A stretch of 43,947 nt of DNA from Candidatus Gottesmanbacteria bacterium UBA6580 (GTDB lineage: Bacteria > Patescibacteriota > Microgenomatia > UBA10105 > UBA927). Below the pieces are notes generated by a model that saw only the letters and a list, made by a program, of their open reading frames with translations, was not told the origin of the DNA and made no database searches. Within the stretch, counting starts at the first letter, position 1. Every line of letters begins with the position of its first letter. This document shows positions 1 through 12,200 of the stretch, piece after piece. The position numbers and the translations under genes were made by a program. The stretch lies in the NCBI GenBank assembly GCA_002433895.1, contig DJJA01000001.1:81438-125384 (forward strand), read 5' to 3'.

Positions 1-230
1 TATTTCCACATCACCACGTTCTCGAAGCTTCGCGACAAACGCGTCAAATTGCGTTCTCGCCCCCGGAAATGATTTCCTTGTTTGCACGTCATTTGGATAT
101 CCATTGTTAAGCCCTACGATAATGTCCGCGTGCTTCTCTATTTCTGTAAGCTGATCTAGCATGCTTGAGATCGTGTGGGGCAAAAACGAAGCGCCATCTC
201 CTGCCACAGATACAACGCCCATCATGCGTG
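1..230 (-). other. Start of a GT2/GT-A glycosyltransferase-like domain (truncated)
   Basis: MMGVVSVAGDGASFLPHTISSMLDQL...ADIIVGLNNG resembles the GT2 N-terminal beta-alpha-beta pattern. Confidence 0.5.
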
Positions 231-3200
231 ATGTATCGTATCCCCCATTCGCTTTTATCTGACGTTCTAGCTTCACAAGTCTCAACTGAGCCTCATCCCG
301 ATCTTTTGCCAAATATTCCTGAATTGGCTTCTGCCTGGGTTCTGCCTTTGGTATTGCATCTTCTGTTACAAGTGATGATGAAACAAATGGAGTATCAATT
401 GACGGCTGTCCGGAAATGCCGGCAAGTACCATACGTTGACCGTCAGTCGTAACCTGATAAATGTCCTCATCAATGCTGATGAAGTCACCATTCTGGAGAT
501 ATCGTGGGGTCTTTAGTACATCTTCAAATGCGTTCTTCCCCACCATAACCAACCACTCATCAGCTCCGGGTACGTAACCTATCGCAACTTTTCCACTCGC
601 CTCATCGACAAATAGCAATGCTGATCCAACTTGCAACGATGCCGACAAATCCTGCCCACTCAACACGTTAGTCGCTGCTCCATTTAATATCGTCATAACC
701 GGAGGCTCCATACCGGTTTCAATAATCGGAGTAACCGCATCTATCGCTTGTCCTGCCGCACAATCTCCTCCTACCTGCCCTCTCTCGTCGGCGGCATACG
801 CCACGGGAACTGGTAACATCGCTCCCCCACCACAAGCCCGCTGCCGCACTCTTCTCATCACGTCTCGCACAATTTTCTTCGTGGGATCGACTATGGGAGC
901 ATAAATACCATGTAATCGCTGACCCGCAGACGCGGGAGCAATGATAATGCGCGGTTCTTCTATACTGTGCCTGATGTCTGGTGCTCCAGCCTTCGTGTAT
1001 ACCCGATAGATAATTTCCTTTTCAAACGGAACCCGCGCAAGTCCTATCCGCTCCAAATTTTGCATCCCTATATCAGTCGCCTGTTGTCGTAAGTCCTCTA
1101 CTTCAGCGGATCTATCTATTCGTAGTGCGATCTGGGTGCTATGGAAGAAAAAGGCGCCATATGGACTCAACATACTCCCAAGTAAAGGTAAATCGGTGTC
1201 ATTGATATATCCGTGAGCCAAAGCCATACGCTCATGCAAAATATCAATATTTCCTGCGATTCTATATGCTGCGCCGTTAGGAAGTTGTATGCTCGTATTT
1301 GCAAGCTCTGACGCGTCAGCGGATACATAGTGAACTAATCCCTGGGCACGAGTATAAAACTCAAGCTGTTTCTTGAGCGCATCCGCGCTCATACCGTATC
1401 TTTTTTGTATTTCGTCATTTGAGTGTACGCTCAAATCTTCTTGTATCTGCGCTATTTCTTCATGTATTGTCCGAAGTAAATTCGTAACAACAAATACAAC
1501 TTCTCCTTTCTCGACCAAAGTCTGCAAAGATACCGCCAATCGAAGCATCGAAATGCCATTACCACCGCCAAAATCAACAATAGTCACAGGACTTTGGACA
1601 CCGTCTTTCGCTTTTTTCACTATGAGAGCTTCTATTTGTTTTTTTAAGACCAATTCGGTCCCACGCAGCTCACTTACCTCTTCCGGCTGTACGACAGCAT
1701 CCCCGTATATCGTTGACGTGCCGACATCTCCCTGCTTCACCTGCCATATTTCATTTCTTGAAGTGCGGATTTCCTCTATAGCGCGACTACCGGCTTGCCT
1801 TCGCTCGTCAAAACCTGGTGCCGTTAAAATCTGTGATCCTTGCTGTCCGGCTTCTGCTCTTTCTCTTTCTAATTTTCGGATTTCCTCAAGGAGCAAGCGG
1901 GTAAACAAGGAAAGATCAAGGTCTTTATACAATTTCCCTCCAGACATGTGTATATACGTGAAGTCGTCAATAATTCTAAAAAACGCTTCCTTTACCAAAC
2001 GCCGGTCTGCATCTATTCCGTCATAGAGCCGATTGAAATCAAACGCCTTGTCATACGCCCTGTCCGGAATACCGAAGGCGGTTCTTCCGTCTGGGAGAGC
2101 TACCGTTTGCGGCTCCAGGCTAAACGTCTGTGGATCACGGGCAAATACTCTCACATTATTTTCATCACCCGATCTACCGGCAAATGCTACATATTGTTTT
2201 GTTTTGTCTGCAATCCCCAGCTGTTCAAAAAACTTCACATACTCACGGATGGAGCCACCTGTGATAAGCACTTCTGAAAAGAATGTTATGTCTTTAGCGT
2301 CCAATAACTGCTGATATATCTCGGGGAAATATAACGCCATAAGCCCCTCGCGCAGCTCCGTCGTCACTTCACCATCAAGCAATGTCCGAAGATACTGAAG
2401 CTGTTCATGCCCAGGATCTACTTGTAGCCTTTGCTCCACATCCGCTTTCGCTTTTGAAATAATCTCAGGTGACAACGCTTTATAGGCAATCGTGTTCGGT
2501 CCTATTGATCCGTCGGGCATGATAGTCGGCATGAGAATAATCTTGGGCATCGATGAAGCCGGCACCCCAATAATTTGTGCTATCAACAACACCGCTTCCA
2601 AATGTGGCACGCCGCTGTTTCCCGCAAGTATCATGGTGTCCGGCCGCTCCAAAAGTGTGCGCTGAATGGCACGAAAAAATGCAGCGCCGGTTTCCATCAG
2701 TTGAATTGGAATAGTAACCCTGGATGCATCTATGCCGTCACTAGCCGCATCCAAAACGGTAATTATGGGCGCCTGAACTGCTTGCTTAGCAACATTTGCA
2801 ACGGCCGTAATAGTGCTTCCGGCTGGACACGTTCCGTCGCTTTGGATATTTGTATTTTGAGCAAATACCACGGGGATAAACCGCAATGAAAGAGTACTTC
2901 CGCACGTACGGTCAATCAACGATTCAGCCACCTGATCGATAACTGTGTGAACAGGTAGTACTATGGGCGCTTGTGCGGTACGGATCGCATCTGCGAGCTG
3001 CTGTGGTGTTACTCTATTTACCAGCACCCGCGCCACCACTTCCCGCTTCAGTTTCGCATCCCAATTCCACAGTGTTTGCCACCAGTAGTTTACAAACTCG
3101 ACTGCGGCATTACGTGGATTAATAGATCCAATAAAGCGATCCCCATCTTGTTCAAGAGGACGGCGAAGATCGTTAACACCAACTCCTCTTGCTCTCAATT

Positions 3201-6200
3201 TCCGTTCAACTTCACTCCTCCCGTTGTGCTCCGCCACAATATTTGCGTGCAATTGCCACCCCTCTTGAGCTTGATTAAATAGGGCAACCGGCATCGGATT
3301 AACCTTGACAGCGCCTCCTCCGGGCACCGACGAGTTTCCTTCCGTAGGCTCCTGCTGTAGCTCTATAATTTGTTTTGTCGCATCTGCAATATTGTTTGCA
3401 ATAATCCGGTCTCCCGAGTGATTTGGATGTACAGAATCACCGAGATGTTCATTTCTATTGAAGTCATTCATGTCGCCTGCAAAAATTACAGGTGACTGAT
3501 TAGTAGCTATTTCTTCCGCTAACACCTCAAGCTTCTGGTTAAATTCAGGCACTTTTGTATTCCACTGTTCATTACTTGGTGGTACCGCCACAAGAACAAT
3601 GCGAATGTTGGGCTTAAGGATGCGGAAAAAATCAATAATTCGTTCAATATTCGGCAAAGTGACTAAATCAATATTATGGCCACTCGCGAGGTCGTTAGTT
3701 CCCAGATGGATAACAAGGATGTCAGGAATATTTGACTCATTGAATTCAACCGGGTTATCCGGATAATCACCCATATTATTCCACACGCCGTTACCGTCTT
3801 CATTAAACAAATCTCTTACTATTGCAGTGGTGGTAAAACCACCGTGACCTTCATGAGGCACCCCACTCGGTCCCGTATTCTGACTACCTACAAATTCAGC
3901 CGTAATACCGGACTCTGCCAGAGCGTCTCGCACATCACCCGGCAGAAAACCACTCGAAGTAATACTATCCCCCAGCATCATTAACTTCGGCACTTCAGGA
4001 AATACAGACTCAGGTTGCGTTGGCAAATTAGTTTGATCATCCTCCAATGGAACAGGCGCTTGGTCAATTATTTCCGGCTGAACTGAAGCGCCACTCGGCG
4101 CATCCTCACCAATGTCTGTTCCCTCAGCTTCAGGAACAACGACGCCATTGTACACATTGTCCGTTATAATGGTCCGCACTGGAGCATAATATTCAATTGT
4201 TTCCGCGACATCTTCAGCTTCATAAGTCCACTCGCCTTGCAAATATATTCCCGGTTTATACCCAGGCAAAGCGACGTGGGAACCCACAGGCACCAGTATT
4301 CTGTTTTGCCAATCAGGATCGTAGGAAACCGGAGCAAAAGACTGGGTTTGTATGTTTGTTACAACAGCACTCGGAAAGCCAACAATTAATTTTGCATATT
4401 CAGAACGATTGTTTCTGAAAATAACATCGTTGCGCGCCATCATTTCGTATAACAATCCCTGATCAAGCTCTCCGTTTGGTCCAATCCACGGAGTGTCGGT
4501 CATAAAACTCCTGCCTGATTGCAGTTGCGTTATGATATCTTGAATAATTTGTAAAACGTTATGGAAATTGCCGTCTTTAAGCACTCTTCCTGACAAATCA
4601 AAACCCAATTGCCCAAGCACCTGCGCTAAACGGAGCTCTCTGCCGTAACTAGTCCCGCCCAAATACCCTCCGCCCGTACGCAACCGCACATACCAAAACA
4701 ACCCTTCACCGTTGAGATTGTATTGCTTACCCTTCTCGAATGCGGTTCTCAGTCCTGTGGGTTGACCAGTTTTTTCATCGTATCCTGTGGCATAAGATAA
4801 ATTAGCGATAGAAGTAATATTTATACCTTCCGGGTAAAGCGCATCGATGGTATCCATAAATCCATGAAAGCCACCCATTGTAACTGAATCGACGGGTCGC
4901 CCAGTAAGCCATTCATATCGCAGTCGAGCATTCTTTAATGGGCTTTCCAAATCATCCATATCAACACCTGGCAACGCCCGCTGTTCGTCAATATATTTAG
5001 TTGCGGGATCATCAGGTGTTGATGTCATTGTGGTCGTATTGATATAGTGACCATCTGCCATAATAAGTATTCGAGGCACACTCACCACTGTAAGTTTGCC
5101 CGATTGAGTATCAAGATAAATAACAATATTTTGATCATTCCTTGACTGATTAAAGGGCAATTCATTCCCCTCAGTACCGACTGCTCCCTGCGGATCATCT
5201 GCGCTACGTGCGTCCATACCGAGCAATACAAATGAAATAACAGGACTGTTAAACACTGCGTCCTTTTCGGCTTGTGTCGGATTTTCTTTACCTAAGATTC
5301 TTTGCCAATAAGTGTTACCTTCTTCTGCGGCTCTCGCCTTTCGTTGTTCCACCATAAATCGGTACATACCTTTGGTAAGGAACGATACAAATGGATTGTC
5401 TGCCTCCAATGACTCAGCAAAATCTTCTTGAACCTGTTGCTCGTATGCCTCTTGTGGCGTCAATTGTTGAGACCCACCCTCCGAAATCTGAGCAGGAGAT
5501 TCATTCTGTGTTTCCGCAGCTTGCTTTGAATAATCACTTCCCTGGTCATACGTTTGCACGATAGCCGGAGGCTCAGCATACGTTAACGTTGGCGTGGTGG
5601 CTGTCATAACGTTAAACCAAAGATACGCAAATGGCGCTAACACAGTAAATATCGCCCCGCCCGACAATACCCAAGGGGCCGCTCTCCAAATCCGGTACCC
5701 GACTGTGCGTATTGCCGGATTACGGGGGAGATCTTTTTGTATTTCTGTATTAGAACGTTCCAGCGTTACGCTTAAGTTCACGCTTTTCCGGCTCACCCGG
5801 TTAATCTTCAAAGACACTGGACCTACCGGAGTTTGGATATGTTCAACTTTGTTTGAACGGAACAGCCCTCCCCGTTTCTGCAGTGTTATTTCATCCCCAC
5901 CAATGTGTACCACAAACGTTTTTCTGGTTTCCTTCACGAGACGCGCGGTATTAGCCATCTTCAAATAGAAATCGACCCGTTCCATATCCGCGATAATTTG
6001 CGGAGTGATTTCTTCAGGATTTTTTAACGCTCTTAATCTGCCTTGTACGGTAAACCAATCATTGGAAACAAATTCGTTTTCCTCTAACCTCCACCCGCTC
6101 ACAGGTGATATCTCCCCGTAGCTTTTCATGCGTTTTGCGAGTTCATGAGCACGGGATAATATATCCTGTTTTTCCACCAATGCTAGCTGTTCCTGGAGGA

Positions 6201-9200
6201 GTGATACTATGTATCTGCCTGCAACCATTTCGAGGTCATACGCATATGGGCGGACCAGTTGCGTCTGAGGATCAAACCGGTTTATCCCATCAAACAGCGA
6301 CGTGCTGGCGACCGTTTCCTGCGCGTAATTAAGCGCCTCTTGAGTGTTTCCCCGCCGCAAAAGCGTAATTATGTTTTCCCGGTCAACATCGTCAACACCC
6401 GTCACCTTGGCAACCATAGCTGAAAATGCGTCCGCTACCCGCAACACTTCTTCAAGCGGGACTTGCGCGATATAGCTTAAAAATGGCTGTAATGCACCGT
6501 CTCTCGGGGACACTTGCTCTAATACCGGAAGCAATACGGCGATCGTCTCCACCCGCGCCATGAGTGACGCTGCTTCTCTCGAGATGATCTGATTTCTGGT
6601 ATCTACGCTATTTCCGGGATCCACCCGTGCGGCCTGAGCAGCAACAGCATCGCGGACTTCCGTACGCAATATATTCCGCCGCTGGGCTGCCAACGCATCG
6701 TTGTTCGCCTCCTCTGCTTCTCTCACTCCCTGAGCAAGTGCGAGCAAGTTTAAGTCATAAGAGAGACCGCCCGTTAAGTCTGCTAACTGCGTAGAAAATT
6801 CAGTTTCTGCTGTTTGCTGTGCACGTTCCTGCAGCGTTTCCGCGTACTGTTTACGCAAACGCTGCGCTAACCCTGCTGATGCTGCGCGAAGCGCTCCCTC
6901 CTCAATATCGTTAAAAGCAGCTTGTATATCGGTGAATATCCGTTCTACTATGGCCGCCTCTGACTCACCCTCAGCCGGACCGGCATACCGCTCTATAGCC
7001 TCGAGGGTCAAACTGGCATACCATGGCCGCAACCGTGCAATCACACCCGCCCATGTTTGCTGATGGACCCGGTACACAATCCCTCCTCGAGTCTTCAGGA
7101 AGGCCCGGGAAAATATGCCGAATGGTTGATATAAACCAGACTCCTCAAGCGATCCATACAATGTCCCATACCCTATCCGGGTACTCCCGGCTAAACTCGT
7201 TTCAATCGTTTCATTTCCGATAACTTCAATAGCATTTGTCTCCCATTGTGCAAGCTGCTCGAGCTCCACCGACACCATTGTGGCGGTATATTGACCAAGC
7301 AATGACTGCATCGCGTCATTTGCGTCGATCGTCCGCATGATCTCCTGTGTTACCGCGAACTCATTTATGAGAATAGACGTCGCCTGTGCCCGCAATTCTT
7401 CGTGATTACTTTCTGTACTCAATAAATTAATTCTAGGTTGTGCGGTAAGCGCGCTCTGATACAGGCCAACCACCAACTCAACCCACTCATCACGGGTAAC
7501 ACCTAACCCCACAAAAACTGTAGGGGTCAGATTCTGATCATCAAGGATGGCAGAAAGTACAGTAATTGCGTCCGTTTGCGAACGCGAAAGAGCGGCGACA
7601 AAAGATTCATCATACCGTACATCATTGGCAATGATTGCCAGTTCATGTTTGCGCCGCTCGATTTGTTCCAACAGGACTATCTCGGTAATAAACGTTTCTC
7701 TTTCCGCGTCGCGGAGCTGCCAAATAGTAAGCAATGACTGCATTGCGTTATACGCGGGCGCCGATGACTGGATCACCGCGGGAATAAGCACGGTAGTTAT
7801 TGGATTTGGAATTCCAAGCAGTTCTTCGGCAAGCACATCAGCACCATGAATAACCCGGTCTGTCCACCGCCTGCGCTGTGCAATTTCTTCAATCCGACCC
7901 AGACTATCAGCATATCGGGTAGCATTTGCCCTCTCTATCTCACTCGCGTCACGCCGCTCCGCCTCAATAAATCCACTGCGGATTTCTTCCCACAGTGCCT
8001 GCTCCGCGGCTAACCAACCGGATCGCTGCTGCTCAACATCTGCTTCGGCAAATACCCGCGCTACCTGAGACGCAAAATATGCTTCATCAGTCACTTCAGG
8101 AGCTGCTGGTGCGGTACGATATTCCTGACGATGAGCATAGTGTGCCAACGAAACAAGCAGATCGAGCAATTCTTCTTGCGTCAGCCCTGCCTCACCCAGC
8201 GCTAATACAGGATCCGTAATCTGATGGGCTATTAATATCTCACGGATATAATTCCGAAGCTCCACTGCAGGAGTGCCCGGATTTACCACCATCCGCAAAA
8301 TCTCGGGTGACTTTACAATTTCCGCCTCTACTACTGCAACCTCGCGGTACAGATTCTGCGGAAGCTGCGCCAACACCATCAAGAGACTGGTACGGATTTT
8401 CCCTTCACGTTGTGCAGCTACTAGCTCAACCTCTAGTCGCTCTATTTCAGGAATTAGTTCATTTATTGCGACACGCCGAGCCTGATTAACCCTTGCTTGT
8501 TGAATAGTAAGCGCATCCGCTTCATCTTCTAACGCATGTCGCCGCTCGATCGCCTGACGCAAATCAGTAAGTAACGCTGTGCGCTCGGTACTTAACTCCA
8601 CGGGAGCCAATGTAAGCAAGCGGAATGCCTCCCTCGTTCTGGATAATTCATCGACCACATTCCTCGGAGCCGAAGTTACTACCCGCCCTCGATGCATGTC
8701 CTCAACGCTCTGTTGTAATTCATCGATAATAAGCGCCTGGCTAAGACCAGACTGCGCCGTAGCAAGTACTTCATCGGTTATTTCATACACTTCAAGTGTC
8801 TCCCGGATGAGCCGCCTTGTTTCGTTTTCATTTCCTAATACAACCGCGCGCATAATCTGTTCACTCGTAAGCACCTCCGCCTCCGCTTCAATCAAGGCTT
8901 CCTGCACACGATCGGTATTGGCTTGTTCGATAAGAGACAACAATTGCACACGTGTTCGTGCAAGCCGTGCCGCTTCGGTTTGCGTTCGTTCAAATTCCTC
9001 ACGTTCACGCGCTTCCTGGCGTGCGGCTATTCTTGCGCGCATTTCACGTATCACTTCGTCTGAAACAAGGGGCAGCTCGTTACCGATGGCATCGAGTGCT
9101 GCTATCACGACCGTATCCATACGCGCGAGTATTTCCCGCTGTAGCGCAGCATTCGTTTCCGCATTGGCAGCTGCCATCAGTGCCTCAATGTCAGCGGCAA

Positions 9201-12200
9201 AGTCCGTAAACCATTCGCGGCTTGCTGAAACTGCACGGAGGTCATTGAGAGTCTCGATCCATGCGTCAGAAAACAGTTGTGTACCCGTCTCTACCTCTGA
9301 CTCCGGTTCCGGCACAAAATCAATATTGACGACGGGTATTGGCGCGGGCTGAGGCCGGCTTGCTTCATAAGCAATTTTTCTCTGCCGTATCCGCTCTTCC
9401 AAGGCATTGATATCGTCAAGCACTCGTTGATCGGCAATAGCCTGTTGACGCAAGCGAACCAACTCAGCTTCAGCCTCCTGTAACGCCGCTATTCTTGCCG
9501 CTGCCTCACTCTGGAGCCGTGCTTCTTCGCGATCAATTTCTTCTGCGAGTTGCGATATCGCAATCCTTCGTTGTTGGGCAGCTGTATTTTGCGCAATCTC
9601 AAACTCTACTTGTTCCTGATCTAACTCAGCGCGAATTACTGCCAACATCCGCAAAGCCTCCGCAGATACCCCACCTGGCTGTCCGCTACCGCCATCCACA
9701 GAGGTTCCACCCTGCCCACCTGCTTCTCCCGGAGACCGCAACCACAAATAATGCGCGGTATCGCCAATCAATGTCACTAATCCATCTTCGGATATACCGT
9801 ATACCTCTTGAAGGCGCGTAAGCGTTGCATCTGTTGGCGCGTGATATTGGGTTTCGTTGGGGAAAAGCTGCTGAAGCAATGTAGTGGTAATCTCAGGGGC
9901 ATGAGCGGTGCGGAATATTTCTTCCGTTTCACCTGCTCCCCTCACCCATCCGCTGTTTGCAGCTTCCAATGCTTCCAATGCGAGCTGTTCTAATCTGAGC
10001 ACCGTCGGAACTTGTCGTGCATGATCAATATCGATAGATATGATCGTCCGCGCATATACAGTAAGCAGCGCCTCTACTAAATCTGCGCGATCGATGACCG
10101 TAAGGAAATGATCAGTAACCGGCTCCTGCCAGGTAGTATCAGCAGTAAGTACACCTTGGACGTTTTCTGCATTCTGTTGTCCAGCTTCGCCTGCCACCAG
10201 CTGCACAACCGCCTCAACAGCCCGCTGTTCATTACTATCTGTTAATCCGATAACCTGAGCAAATTGCCGGATAATCTGTTCGGCTTGAGTTTGCTCTGTA
10301 TCAACAACAATCACACCATCATTTTCTATGGCACTCAAATATCGCAACAACCGCTGCAAGAAATCTTCTGCTGTGACATTTTCTGCGGGCCCGGCTGCGT
10401 TGTAATTGGCAACCACGGCAAGCAATGTGTTTGGCACGGTTACCGGCACGCGCTCCCCCTCAACCGGCAACGACTGGAGCACCGTAAGCTGACCGCTCCC
10501 GTCTATTCCCAGCTCAGTAGTGAGCCGCACTGCTTCATCTAGATTACCCGCGAGAAGTGCCGTGACTATCGGTGCAGCCTCAGCATCAGTAAGCGCTTCT
10601 CTCCGCACTGATGACTGCTGCTGTTCTGCTTTGATGCGGATAATCAGGTCTTCTAATTCCGGAGGAATAGCGTCGAAATTAGAGGAGGTGATAATCTCCA
10701 TAACCTCAGGAATATGGGTAAGGATCACCGTTGCGGATCCAGCGGCGTCAGTAAGCGTGCGGATTGCCTCACTTAACACGGAGTCTTCGTCGGTGAGCTG
10801 AACAATGATATTGATCGCATTGGTTCCTCCGGCTAGTCCTGTCGCCACAGCCGCCTGGATTTGTGCCCGCTGCAAATCTTCAACCTCAAGTCGCGCGGTG
10901 AGATTAGTAACCAGCATATCCACCGCATCATTGACCGGATTCCCAAAATCAGCGTCATCAGCATCCCCATCCGTTTCAAATACTTCAATAAAGTGTACTG
11001 CAGCAGATTTTTTCTTTCTTTGCTCAGTGCGCAATGACAATACTTTTACGGTAACCGTGTCACCGCTTATAAGGATCCGTACCTTCGGGCCATTTTCACC
11101 AAGCGTGATGACGTCGCGATTTCTCAGCTCCACTTCAGAAGCCGGTATCGCTTTGCTGCCGCGATTTATCACTGTACCTTCAATACCTTCTACAAATAGT
11201 TTCCCGTCAACCATATACATCCGCACATGCCCAATCTCAGCTTGGCCAACTGCAAACCGTATATCAGCATTTTCTTCAGCGCCCAAAATGACCGGAGACT
11301 GCTGTATATCAGATCGAATAAATACATATGCTTCACCTGCAGTTGTTATTTGCGAAGATTTCTCAGTCTCTTTCGGTTCCTCGGGAGCCGCTTCTATCAC
11401 CATTCCCCACGCTTCAAGCTGACTAAGGAAATCATTGAGCCGCTCTTCGACAGAGGTAAGCACATCATAATTTCCGGGATTATTTGCTGTTCGTTGTGAA
11501 TAATATCGTTCCTGTGGTGCTATTCGGTTATATGCATCTATTGCATTTTCCAAAGTCCGTCTCGCGTTGCCCTGCGTGCTGTTATCTACGGCGGCAGTCC
11601 GTTGACTAAGTTGCGCAAGATAGGCAGCCATCGGATCAAATATGCTTCCTAATATCGGCTCGCTCAGTCGTGCATACGTTTCGCCATCCACTGCGCTGGT
11701 GTTCTCTGGTCCCGCTATCATATGCTCCATGAGCTGATGAATATCACCAATCTGCACCCGTACGTGTCTATTCCAGGTATTCACAAATAATTCAGGATCA
11801 ATCCCGAGCTCTCCAAAACGCCGTAACACCCGACCTGCCGCGTCATCTGCCAATGCGGGTGTGTCGTCCGGGCTACTCCACCCCTGCCGCACATCTGCCG
11901 CCGCCCGCAAGATAATACCAGTAAGGTCACGAAGATCGCGCCCTAATTCCGCCGCTTCTTCCAAATTACCGTTTTGCTCAGTCTGTTCTATAAGGCGGAT
12001 AAATACTTGCTCCGGGGAAAAGATTGGAAGCCGTGGCGTATTTAACTCATTCTCATACGCCTGCCTCAGAATGTCTGATGCGGCGTCTTCCGCGCCAACT
12101 GCAATGGATTCGCGACCATCGCGGACTGCTCGTATCTGTCGTTGGACCTCTTGGGACAATGCAACATTAATAGCCACTGGTGCTCGTGGCGGTAACGGGA

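Noticed and set aside
11700-11760. HQLMEH as a second metal-binding motif in the giant protein
   Set aside because: It does not fit HExxH or HxxEH spacing and has no supporting context.
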